Assembly (NCBI RefSeq): GCF_004010195.1
Contig: NC_057719.1
Span: 35,981,041 to 36,017,968 of the forward strand
Length of the DNA stretch: 36,928 nt
From: Chiloscyllium plagiosum
Lineage: Eukaryota
Direction of reading: 5' to 3'
Shown here: piece by piece, positions 1-10,866 of the stretch
How the letters are laid out: the number at the start of each line of letters is the position of its first letter
Numbering within the stretch: position 1 is the stretch's first letter
Notes under the pieces: model-generated
The model's database searches: none
Seen by the model: the letters and a program-made list of their open reading frames with translations, nothing else
Told to the model about the DNA's origin: nothing
Made by a program: the position numbers and the translations under genes

Positions 1-261
1 TGCTTAATACCAATGTGGTGAGGGTGGTACCTTGGTGTCATAAATGTGCATTGTAGGTCTGCAAAGTAGGCAGATTTTGAACTCAGTCACTGTGTAATAC
101 TGATTTGACATACTACCATTCTGGATATCATATCTCCAGTAAACCATTGGTCCCGACAACCATTTAACATGCACACACCTTGCAAGCATTCAGCAGCAAG
201 AAGGCTTCCTTCACCAATATCATGTAAATGGATTATCAATGTCAAGAAAAGATCTAACGAA

Positions 262-455
262 GAAGAACAGAAATTGTTGGAAAATCTCAGCAGATCTGGC
301 ACGTTTGTGGGGAGTAATCAGAGTTAATGTTTTGGGTCCAGTGACCCTTCTTCAGCGCTAGAGAAGGTGCATTGCTCTTTTCGACCCTACTGAAATTTTC
401 CTGCAGTTACTGTTTTTGTTTTTGATTTCCAGCATCCGTAGTTCATTTGGTTTTC
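262..455 (+). mobile_element. Old Penelope-derived fold-back mini-element (family B)
   Basis: Left arm AACAGAAATTGTTGGAAAATCTCAGCAGATCTGGC...GGGTCCAGTGACCCTTCTTCAG; decayed inverted right arm, then tail TTTCCAGCATCCGTAGTTC. Same family as 5300-5385 and 22118-22385. Confidence 0.65.
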
Positions 456-1057
456 TTGTTAATGTTTAATGAATATGCAGATGAGCCTCTGAAGCAAACT
501 GTGGTGTCACTGTGACCACAGGAGTAATGTATTAAGGTTCTTCTCAGAGTTTGGGCCTTGTGCAGTACAGAGCATGTTGGTGTTCTGTAGCCACTATCAT
601 GCACAGTGCAACAACAAACAATGGCCCAGATTGACTGATAGCTAAAAAGTTGTTATTCCAGCATAGATGGGAATTGTGTGTGGTGAAACTTTGGAATTCC
701 CATCATAGCAGAAGCCAGAGAATTCCCCAGGAATTTGAAGATTCCACGAGGCAATTACCTTAACGTCTGAAACTGTCAGAAGTTATCCATTTAAAGTGAA
801 GTATTTGGAGCATGCCAATGAAACTGAATAAGTAGTTTCTCACAAAAAGCCAGACTATTATATACATAAGGTGGTAAGGAAAAGCCAGGGAATGATAGAC
901 CGGTGAGCCTGACATTGGTGGTGGGAATCCTGAGGGACAGGATGTACATGTATTTGGAAAGACAAAGACTGTGCGTGGAAAATCATGTCTCATGAACTTG
1001 ATTGAGTTTTTTTGAAGAAGTAACAAAGAGGATTGATGAGGGCAGAGTAGTAGACGT

Positions 1058-1372
1058 GATTAGATTAGATTACATTACAGTGTGGAAACAGGCCCTTCGG
1101 CCCAACAAGTCACACCGACCCGCCGAAGCGCAACCCACCCATACCCCTATATTTACCCATTACCTAACTCTACGGGCAATTTAACATGGTCAATTCACCT
1201 AACCTGCACATCTTTGGGATTGTGGGAGGAAACCGGAGCACCCGGAGGAAACCCACGCAGACACGGGGAGAATGTGCAAACTCCACACAGTCAGTCGCCT
1301 GAGGCGGGAATTGAACCCGGGTCTCAGGCGCTGTGAGGCAGCAATGCTAACCACTGTGCCACCGTGCCGCCC
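1058..1372 (-). mobile_element. HE1-type tRNA-derived SINE, full length
   Basis: Minus strand starts GGGCGGCACGGTGGCACAGTGG (A box), has GGTTCAATTCC (B box), a LINE-like 3' end GGGCCTGTTTCCACACTGTAA and a (TAATC)n tail; splits the LINE sequence GACGTGAT|CTATATGGAC. Confidence 0.93.
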
Positions 1373-1700
1373 ACACCTATATGATCTATATGGACTTCAG
1401 TAAGGTGTTCGACAAGGTTCCCCATGGGAGACTGGTTAGCAAGATTAGGTCACACAGAATAGAGGGACAACTAGCCATTTTGATACAGAACTAGTTCGAA
1501 GGCAGAAGACAGAGTGTGATGGTGGAGGATTGCTTTTCCATCGGGAGGTTTGTGACGAATGGTGTGCCACAAGGCTCGGTTCTGGGTCCACTGCTTTTCG
1601 TCATTTATATAAGTGATTTGGGTGTGAACATAGGAGGTATAGTTAGTAAGTTTGCAGATGACACCAAAATTGGAGGTGTGATGGACAGTGAAGAAGATTT

Positions 1701-2037
1701 GGGGCAGCACGGTGGCTCAATGGTTAGCGCTGATGTCTCACAGCGCCAGGAATCGAAGTTCGATACTAATCTCGGGCGACTGTCTGTGGGGAGTTTGCAC
1801 ATGCTCCCCGTGTCTGTGTGGGTTTCCTCCCACAATCCAAAGATATGCAGGTTAGGTGAAATGGCCATGCTAAATTGCCCATAGTGTTCAAGGATGTGTA
1901 GGTTAGGTGCATTAGGAAGGAGTAAATATAGGATAATAGGGTGGGGGAGTGGGTCTGGATGGGTTACTCTTCAGAGGGTCGGTGTCGACTTGTTGGGCCA
2001 AAGGTCCTGTTTCCACACTAGGGATTCTATGATTCTA
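1701..2037 (+). mobile_element. HE1-type SINE, older subfamily
   Basis: GGGGCAGCACGGTGGCTCAATGGTTAGC head, GGCCATGCTAAATTGCCCATAG core, GATTCTATGATTC tail; inserted in the LINE RT after MDSEED. Confidence 0.9.
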
Positions 2038-2681
2038 CTTCAGAGTACAATATGATCTTGATCAGATGGGCCAATGGGCTGAGGAGTCACAGATGGAGGT
2101 TACTTTAGATAAATGCAAGGTTCTGCATTTTGGAAAAGCAAATCAGAGCAAATCTCTTGGGGAGTGTTGCTAAACAAAGAGACTTTGAAGTGCAGGTTCA
2201 TAGCTCCTTGAAAGTAGTGTCGCAGGTAGATAGGATAGTGAAGAAGGCGTTTGGTATGCTTTCCTTTATCGGTTGGAGCATTGAGTTTAGGAGTTAGGAG
2301 GTCATGCTGTGGCTATACAGTTCATTGGTTTGACCACTTTTGAAATATTGTGTGTAGTTCTGGTCTCCTTCCTATTGGAAGGATGTTGTGAAACCTAAAA
2401 AAGTTCAGAAAAGTTTTACAAGGATGTTGCCAAGGTTAGAGGATTTGAGCTATAGGGAGAGGCTGAATAGGCTGGGGCCGTTTTCCATGGACCGTTGGAG
2501 GCTGAGGGGTGATCTTATAGAGATTTATAAAATCATGAAGGGCATGGGTAGGGTAAATAGACAAGGTCTTTGTCCCGGGGTGGGTGAGTCCAGAACTAGA
2601 CAGCATAGGTTTAGGGTGGGAGGGGAAAGATATAAAAGGTACATAATGGGCAACCTTTTCATGCAGAGGGTGGTGCGTGTA

Positions 2682-3162
2682 TGGAATGAGGTGCCAGAGG
2701 AAGTGGTGGAGGCTGGTACAATTGCAGGATTTAAATGACAGCTGGATGGGTATATGAATAGGAAGAGTTTAGAGGGATATGGTTCAAGTGCTGGCAAATG
2801 GGATGAGATTGGGCTGGGATATCTGGTGGGCATGGACAAGTTGAACCAAATGGTCTGTTTCCATGCTGTATGTCTCTATGACTCTGTGACATAACCTATG
2901 GCTTCTCTGCAGCCATAACACAATGTTATGGCTGCAGAGAAGCCATAGGTTATGTCACAGAGTCATAGAGACATACAGCATGGAAACAGACCATTTGGTT
3001 CAACTTGTCCATGCCCACCAGATATCCCAGCCCAATCTCATCCCATTTGCCAGCACTTGAACCATATCCCTCTAAACTCTTCCTATTCATATACCCATCC
3101 AGCTGTCATTTAAATCCTGCAATTGTACCAGCCTCCACCACTTCCTCTGGCACCTCATTCCA
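2682..3162. repeat. Perfect inverted repeat, 239-bp arms, 3-nt loop
   Basis: 2682-2920 is the reverse complement of 2924-3162 with no mismatch seen by eye; loop CAA at 2921-2923. Confidence 0.95.
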
Positions 3163-3341
3163 GAGTCATAGAGACATACAGCACAGAAACAGACCCTTCG
3201 GTCCAACTTGTCCATGCTGACCAGATATCCCAACCCAATCTACTCCCACTTGCCAGCACTTGGCCCATATCCCTCCAAACCCTTCCTGTTCATATACCCA
3301 TCCAGATGCTTTTTAAATGTTGCAATTGTACTAGCCTCATC
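3163..3341 (-). mobile_element. CR1/HER1-like LINE 3' end, 5'-truncated
   Basis: GAGTCATAGAGACATACAGCACAGAAACAGACCCTTCGG; encodes TIATFKKHLDGYMNRKGLEGYGPSAGKW. Confidence 0.88.
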
Positions 3342-3394
3342 TAGCACTGATCTCACATCTTTCCCCATATCGATACTCACCATTGCTATCCAAA

Positions 3395-3900
3395 ACAAAT
3401 GATGCTGTCTTGAATGCTTCAATCGAATTTCCTCCACTACATTTCCAGACAATGCATTCCATACAGTAACTACCGCTGTGTGGAAAAGCGTTTTCTCACC
3501 TCACTCTTGCTTCATTTGCTTTACTTCATTACAGTTATACCTTCTCATTGCAGTTTCTTTTTCAGGCAGAAATAATTTCACCCTGTCTACTGTGTCCAGC
3601 CTGCTCATGATGTTGAAAACTAAAATCTGTCACCTTTTTCTCTCCAGGGAGAACAGTCCCAACTTCTTCAATCTGTCCTCAAAACTGAAGTTTCTCATTC
3701 CTAGAACCATTCTTGTAAATCCCTTCTGCACTATCTTCAGTTTATTCACATCCTTCCTACAATGTGGCACCCACAGCTGTACACAATATTCCAGCTGAGG
3801 TCTGACAAATGTCTTGTACAAGCTCAACATCACCTCCTTCCTCTTGCACCTTATGCCCCAATCTATTAAACCAAGAACACTGCATGCTTTACTTCAGTCT
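3395..3900 (-). mobile_element. Older CR1-clade LINE ORF2 C-terminal fragment
   Basis: LYKTFVRPQLEYCVQLWVPHCRKDV...FEDRLKKLGLFSLERKR (3630-3833). Confidence 0.88.
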
Positions 3901-5299
3901 TTCCAGGTACGTCAGCTTTTATCAAAAGAAGATTGGACAGCATTTTGTGAAGATTTCTTACAGCTTGCTTTGTCTACTGAGGTTCCATGTTGAAAAGATT
4001 GGATAGCACTTTGATCAGCATTATGAGCCAGATTATGAGAAAATAAGCCTCTCTCTTCTTTAAGATCTAACCAGGAACCATAGCCAGTGGGCGAACCAAC
4101 AAAATGCTACTATTACACCTGATTTTTGTAGTTTCAAGAAGTAAATCCTGTGGTACCTGACTCTTCAGTATTTGGTGCGGAACATCATTCTTCCTCTGAT
4201 ACTCTTCCAAATCAGAGTGTGCAGAATTCTTCACCCAGTCCTGTAGTGAAGCTCATTTGTAATGCTAATGAAGATGAACCCACTGTCTTTATTGAAGCAG
4301 TGAAGTTCTCTTTGTTCAGCATTACAGGATGGCCACAATGGTCTTTCATTGAGCAGCTGGTATGCTTGACCTTTTGCTCAAGAACATAGAGAACCGGAAA
4401 CTCAGTGGAGACTGGAAACCTCTTCAGCAATACAGAAGCATGAGGATGAAGTTCGATGTTTATATGAAAGTCCAGAAAATAGCCCTTTTGTTTTTCCAGA
4501 GATGTTGCCAGATGTGATATTAGGAAATGCTGGGAAATGCTGAGGTTCATCTATTCTTCTCTTTTTAACGCAGAAAGTTTTATGGTGGCTTCAGATGGTG
4601 GCTTCAGATGCAGTCTCTGAATAAGAAGTTTCTGATGAAAGCTGCAGACTCTGAAAACATTTTTGTTGACTTTATGTAGTTCCTGTGTGAAACGTTTGAA
4701 GAAGTGAATTCTGCAATCTTCACTCATCTCTTTGTCCTATACTTGAGAATAAGATGCAAGAATCTCAAGTTGCCATTGTCCTGAAATTGTCCTGAATGGT
4801 GTGATGAGTATTAGGAAAGGAAGGTGATTGAGTCATTGAGGCAGTCCATGATGGAGTGACATTTGGGAGTTTCAATGTCAGATTGGCAAAGTGAGGAATT
4901 ATGATCCTTTGTGAACTTTATTGAGATTTGATAACTATCCTGCCATAAACAACTGTGAAATTGCTGAGAACATTGTGGGATCTGTCTTGGTTGCATTTGT
5001 TATTTGATGTGGTATATTCAATTAGGTAATTCCCTATATTGTCACAATGTTGGAATGTTAGCTGCACACATATTGTAGACCTTATTAGTGTCCTACCATT
5101 GAATAGAAAAATATTTTGTTGTTTATTTAAACCATGGCATCTTGTGGATTTATTCTCTAGAAAGTCCCTTGGAACTCTCACTTCATTTCCTGTAAAAACT
5201 AAAATAAATGATTAACCTCTAGCCATGTAAAATAAACGTGACACTCTGGTCTGGAATTGTAATATAATCTGGGGAGTGTTGGTGGGTTTGACTCTTGCT

Positions 5300-5385
5300 G
5301 GTCAACCTGAAATATTAACTTTGCTTTTTCTCCACCGATGCTGCCAGACCTGCTGAGCTTTTCCAGCAAGTTTTTTTTTGTTATC
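5300..5385 (+). mobile_element. Single arm of Penelope-derived family B
   Basis: CTGAAATATTAACTTTGCTTTTTCTCCACCGATGCTGCCAGACCTGCTGAGCTTTTCCAGCAA aligns with 22270-22335. Confidence 0.7.
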
Positions 5386-6256
5386 TCTGAATAGTGTACA
5401 TTAATCACATATTGTGATCCTCTTACCTTATTTTGGGGGTTGTCCAATTTAGTTTTGCCAAGGTTTCAAATATGGGTGTGAATTGCAAAATAAGGTTGAA
5501 TATTTTCTTGAAATGTGGTTTGGTCAGATTAAAATTAAATTAAAAGAAACAAGAAAGTAAGGAGTCATTAATGGAGAATTTCCTGTTGTCTCTGTGGAGG
5601 GAACCATTCTACCTCTGTTAGGCCAGAAAGTGTAGGCCTAGACTGATATGGCTAAAGCCTTTGGACTCCCAATAAAGCTTAAGAGTATTACTGGAGTTTA
5701 ACTAGTTTAGACACTATAACCAGTCTAAGGCATTGTTGCAGTTATATATTTGTCTGATCAGAACTATTTCACCCTATGGACCACTACCTCCAAGGATGCC
5801 CAGTGTAAGAAATTCAGCATCTAATGATAAATAATCTCTTTAAGCTTCATTAGTGAGTCAGGCTGGCTGTTTAATCATTACAGTGCCTTTCATCACTGAA
5901 GATCTATCTGACTCATGAATAGGATTACCAAGTCTGTCATTGCAAGGTCCAAACATCTGTTGCAGTGTCCATCTCCTTGGTGCTTAAAGTGCCTCCACCT
6001 GGTTCCTCGTGGAGCAGTGATCCTAAGTGAATGGAAAATGATATTATGTGACATTTAAATGTATTATAATATTGAAATGAAACTCTGCATTCTTTCTTTC
6101 TCTCTGAAGGTCCTTCACCCTGATTGAAGTAGTTGCAAGAAAGCCCGTAGATGACCATTCAGTCCTCCCACCAATTGAGGAACTTAAGGACCTCATCCTA
6201 ATGCCTCTGGTATAAACTCAGCAGCAGGTGGGGGACCTGCTATGGGAGGAACACAA

Positions 6257-6342
6257 CTTGCGAACCCTGGCAGGTTTGTTTTTAGGTACAAAGTGGGCCC
6301 TTGCAAACCCTGGCAGGTTTGTTTTTAGGTACAAAGTGAGTC
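6257..6342. repeat. 43-bp tandem duplication
   Basis: CTTGC(G/A)AACCCTGGCAGGTTTGTTTTTAGGTACAAAGTG... at 6257 and 6300. Confidence 0.92.
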
Positions 6343-7453
6343 CTTCATTCAAAGACACTCCATGCATCATTAAGAAAATTGACAAAGGGCAGTGTGTGGG
6401 GAGAGGGATTGTGTAGAATGGCATCAATCTTACCTTGCTGCCAGCCCCCACAATGCCTTTCCTGTTATCACCCATCTGTGCCAGGATTACTCCTTGACCT
6501 GAGGCATCAGATGGGTGAAGTAACAGCAGAAGCCACTGCCACCTAGGTGGCACCACTGAGTACAGAGGAATGTTGGCCTCTGGGTGGTCAGGACACTTAT
6601 CCCATCAGTCCTCGACCATGGAGGATGGCCAGCTACATGCTGTCAGGCATTCTTGAAAGTTGGTAATGTGGGGGTCTTGATGGTTTCCTAGCCAACAGCC
6701 CTGTTGCCATTGTAAGATTCTGCCCACCATTTAATGGATTATAACTGCACTGTGTGGTAAACTTTAAAACCTGTTCCACCTAAGTCTTTGGAATGGTAAA
6801 TATAGGGAGTGTGATGGGGTGATGAGCTTGTAGACAATTTACAAAAGACAATTATTCTTTTTCTAAAATGCTCTTGATTGAAATAAGATTTTTGCATGCT
6901 TTATTATTTTTTTCCTACTTTTTAATAAGTAAAAGCTCTAAAACTATGATGAATATTTATAGTTGAGAATCGTCACCTTACAAGATTTTCCATGCTTTTT
7001 ATTACACTTGTTCACAGTTCATCTGACCTTGTTCTTTCTCACAGTTTACAATAATTGCAGCAGTGTTCCAGGTCTTGATGGAAATGTACCCAGGAGCTAA
7101 TGACTGAATTTATCAAATGGATAGTAAAGAGCACTCTTGCTCACAATAATCTCAATCTCAAGAGTGGTATCTGATTTATACTAGGGAGAAGGGCTTTGTG
7201 TAGTCAAGGCTTTGCCAGCTTTCAGCATACAGTATTTATAATTTCTATTGTGCCATTAAATAATGTGTGCACCGTGTAGCCCCATTAGTAAAAATTTGCT
7301 AGATTTTATCTCATTAAATGCCTCATTAGCCACTTAACAAATGGTTGAGCGTTACTATTGCTGGTACATTTCAATTGGCTAAATTATTTACTATTTTGAA
7401 TAAAATTGATTTTGCAATATCTGCATTTTACATTCTGGCATATTCCTGTGAGT

Positions 7454-7670
7454 GGGAGAAAGTGAGGACTGCAGATGCTGGAGATCAGAGTCGAGAGTGT
7501 GGTGCTGCAAAAGCACAGCAGGTCAGACGGCATCCAAGGAGCAGGAGGATCGACATTTTGGGTATAAACCCTTCATCAGGAATGAAGAATGGCTTATGCC
7601 AAAACTTCGAATCTCCTGCTCCTCGGATGCTGCCTGACCTGCTGTGCTTTTCCAGTACCACACTCTCAAC
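7454..7670 (-). mobile_element. Penelope-derived fold-back mini-element (family A) with 15-bp TSD
   Basis: Starts GAGAAAGTGAGGACTGCAGATGCTGGAGATCAGA; inverted arms; CATATTCCTGTGAGT repeated at 7439-7453 and 7671-7685. Confidence 0.85.
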
Positions 7671-7816
7671 CATATTCCTGTGAGTTCCAGAGATACTGAC
7701 TGATGAACAGTTAATATGCTCATACAAGTGTATTACTTAATAAAGGTTGTTAACAAGTTTAAGATAAGAAAGAATTGAAGTATCAGCGAAAGTGGATTCA
7801 GTTCTGTTATCCATAT

Positions 7817-8735
7817 GAAGGAACTGAGGGCATTCTAGCTAAGTTTGCAGATGATACAAAGATAGGTAGAGAGACAGATAGCATTGAGGAGGCAGGAGAC
7901 TGCAGAAGGATTTGGACAGTTTAGGAGAGTGAGCAAGAAAGTGGCGGATGGAGTACAATATTGGAAAGTGTGAGGTCATGCACTTTGGTCGGAAGAATAG
8001 AGGCATGCATTTTTTCTAAATAGAGAGAAAGTTAGAAGTGCAAAGAAATTTGGGAGTTCTAGTCCAGGATTCGCTTAAGGTAAACTTGCAGGTTGAGTCA
8101 GATGGAAAGCAAATGCAATGATGGTATTTATTTTGAGAGAACTCGAATATAAAAGCAGGGGTGTATTTCTGAGACTCAGTAAGGCTGTGGTCAGACCATG
8201 TTTGGAGTATTGTGCACAGCTTTGTGCCCCACATCTCAGGAAGGATGTACTGGCCCTGGAGTGTGTTCAGAGGAGGTTCACGAAAAGCTTAACATATATA
8301 AGGAACATCTGAGAACTCTGGGTCAATAGTTGATGGAGTTTAGAAGGATGAGGGGGATTCTAATAGAAACTTACAGAATACTGAACGGCCTGGACAGAGT
8401 AGATGTTGGGAAGATGTTTCCATTGGTAGGACAGACAAGGACCTGAGGGCAACCCTTAGAACAAAGGAACACCCTTGAGAAGGGAAGTAAGGAGAAACTT
8501 CTTTAGCCAGCGATTGGTGAATCTATGGAATTCATTGCCACATAAGGCTGTGGAGGGCAGGTCATTCAGTATATTTAAGACTGAAGTAGATGGCTTCTTG
8601 ATTGTCAAGGGGATCAAAGATTACAGGGAGAAAGCGGGAGAGTGGAGTTGAGAAACTTAACAGCCATGCTTGAATGGTGGAGTCAACTCAATGGGCTGAA
8701 TGGCCCAATTTCTGCTCCTATGTCTTCTGGTTTTA
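7817..8735 (+). mobile_element. CR1-clade LINE 3' fragment
   Basis: GCTAAGTTTGCAGATGATACAAAG (KFADDTK), VRPCLEYCAQLCAPHLRKDVLALECVQRRFT, 3' end GGCTGAATGGCCCAATTTCTGCTCCTATGTCTT. Confidence 0.9.
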
Positions 8736-8849
8736 TTGCAACAGGTGCTAGCTGCTGGTATTGACAACAGTAATTTGTAGGTTACATTCTCAGTTCTATT
8801 TTAGAATAAATGTACAGTTTGACCCACATTCAGTTATTTTGTTTGGACC

Positions 8850-10680
8850 TTTAACTTGGTGGGGGAAATAATGCACTCCAGCCCCTGAGTGCGCACCTCT
8901 CTCTGAAAGAGTACAGTATTGGTGGACACTGTGTGTTTCCTCTCTAAGGACACCCGAGCATGAACATAGCTATGGGGATGAGGGGTAGGCAGACAGCAGC
9001 TATAGCTCTCTTCAAGGTCCACTACCTGAACCTAATAGGACCCAGCTCTTTTATTACTATATCTTTTCTATATCTAGAGATGGTTTTATGCACCATTGCA
9101 TCTTTTTTCCCAACACCAAATCATCTTTTTTTTCCCTTTTATCTCCACCACTGAATCACTTGTGTTTGTAATGAAGTGACCAATTACATGCGAAGTCTGT
9201 CGGGGCAGTGTAATGACAACAAAAGTGAGGGAAAAGTAGGGTGATAGGGAGGGGACTAAATCAAAATGGAGTTGGAGGAGGAAATAAAGCATTCCACCCT
9301 GCATGGCACTCAGACTCTCATGACATGAAGAATAAGGACCCAACTCTTCCTTTCTCTTTTCCTTGTTTTGTATCCAGGAGTGTTCTTGCACATATCTGAA
9401 CATTTTTCTCACCACCAAACCACCTGTCTAACTTTTCATCTGTTATCTACCATTACTATATCCTAGGTGTTTCTAATTACTTGTCTCGCAAAGTCTATTA
9501 AGGGCAGTGCAATAACATAGAAGGTGAGGAAGGCATCGGGAGACAGTTGGTGGAATTAAATCAAAATGGATTTGGAAGGGCAGATAAAGCACTCTTACCC
9601 ACCTGTCTCTAAAGGCATTAAGAGTGTTGGTGAATACGGTGTGATCCATCTCAAGGACTGCCATGCATGAATGTAACTGCAGAAGGGGGACAGACATTGG
9701 CAATTCTAACCCCAACTCCACTGCCTGATGCCTGGACCTGTTCATTGCCACTTTGCCCAGGCCAAAAGCACAACAACAAAGAGGTCCTTTGACTTGCTTA
9801 ACCCACTCTGGTCTGGATGCCCAAAGGTCAAGAGTGTGGTACTGAAGAGTGACCGAAAGCACAACAAAATATTTAAGAAATGACTGTAAAGAGAGTGCAA
9901 CCACCCATAACCAATGTATGCTTGGTCCATGGGCTTCACATCACTGCAAAATAAACAGATGGGCTGAAGAGGACCCAACTCTTTTTTGTTATATCCAGAG
10001 GTGCTTTCATACACGACTGAAACAGCTTTTCCCCTCTCACCAGTGCTACTTTTCATTTATTACTCACCCATCATTAAACACCCATATTTTCAATTAATCA
10101 GTTTATGTGCAAAGACTGTCAAAGGCACTGCAGGCCTTCAGATTAAGAGAAGACTAGGGAGACAGGAAGGACACAACAGTTTTATTGAAAGCAACCTGTT
10201 CAGAGATATTATTGCATACTTCTGGAGTAGATGGGACTTGAATCTAGGCCTTCTGGCCCAGGTGAAAACACTACTACATCACAAAAAGCCTTAAAGAACG
10301 CAGCTTTTTAAAAAAATTCTTACATCCAGATGTGTTACTACAACAAAATGGCTTTTTCTGACCACCAAATCACCCATGGTATTTACAATTATTAACTACC
10401 ATTAAATCAGTCAATACATTAATTGATTAATTTACATGCAAAGTCTATTAAGGGAAATTCAGGAATGCCAAAAGTGTGGATCAGGGAGAGAGAAGGAGGG
10501 GATTAAATCCTTTTTCAATATCTAGAAGTGCTCTTACACACGACTGCAGTTTTCTTTTCCATCACCAAATCACCCATGGTATTTTTCATCTATAACTATC
10601 ACCACTAAATCTCCCACGTTTCCCAGTGAATCAAATTACATGCAACACCTGGCAAAGGTAATGAGGACACAGCTCTTGGG
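8850..10680. repeat. Degenerate tandem array, about 5-6 units of 200-430 bp, unknown identity
   Basis: Recurrent anchors: GGAC(C/A)CA(A/G)CTCTT at 9038, 9336, 9971, 10665; TAAATCAAAATGGA at 9257, 9557; GCAAAGTCTATTAAGGG at 9488, 10438; CACCAAATCACCCATGGTATTT at 10363, 10563. Confidence 0.85.
10190..10291 (-). mobile_element. Short tRNA-derived SINE-like element inside the array
   Basis: Minus strand AGAAGGCCTAGATTCAAGTCCCATCTACTCCAGAAG...ATCTCTGAACAGGTTG with B-box-like ATTCAAGTCC; homologous to 11205-11272. Confidence 0.6.
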
Positions 10681-10866
10681 TACAAAGGCCAATGAGCATC
10701 ATCTACTGTTGATCAATTCTGCAGCTGTTTTTGTTTGATCTAGGAACCTGGTTAACTCACTGGGCTGGACAGTTGCATTGCGATGTAGAGTAGGAGTACA
10801 CTTCCCACACCAGCTAAGGGTGCGTTGGAGATCCAACCTTCCCAAACTTGACCCTTAAGTTAAATG

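Larger units (their letters stand above)
868..2890 (+). mobile_element. CR1-clade (HER1-like) LINE, 3' part of ORF2 (RT) and 3' tail, decayed, interrupted by two SINEs
   Basis: RT motifs GVPQGSVLGPLLFVIYI and SKFADDTKIGG (1516-1700); C-terminal RLRGDLIEIYKIM and QRVVRVWNEVP (2388-2738); tail CTCTATGACTCTGTGAC; multiple stops and deletions. Confidence 0.93.

Noticed and set aside
666..703. 10-bp hairpin GATGGGAATT/AATTCCCATC
   Set aside because: Short and isolated, with no supporting context.
1082..1336. ORFs such as METGPSAQQ...WEETGAPGGNP (also 11946, 27508, 24360)
   Set aside because: Translations of HE1 SINE sequence, not genes.
1300..1372. tRNA gene
   Set aside because: A/B boxes belong to SINE heads that continue into SINE body and tail.
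8927..8933. V(D)J recombination signal heptamer CACTGTG
   Set aside because: No nonamer at 12 or 23 bp spacing and no V/J coding segment.
9086..9904. 110-aa and 143-aa minus-strand ORFs in the degenerate array
   Set aside because: Units differ by many indels and show no recognisable domain; the partial peptide similarity just reflects the DNA repeat.
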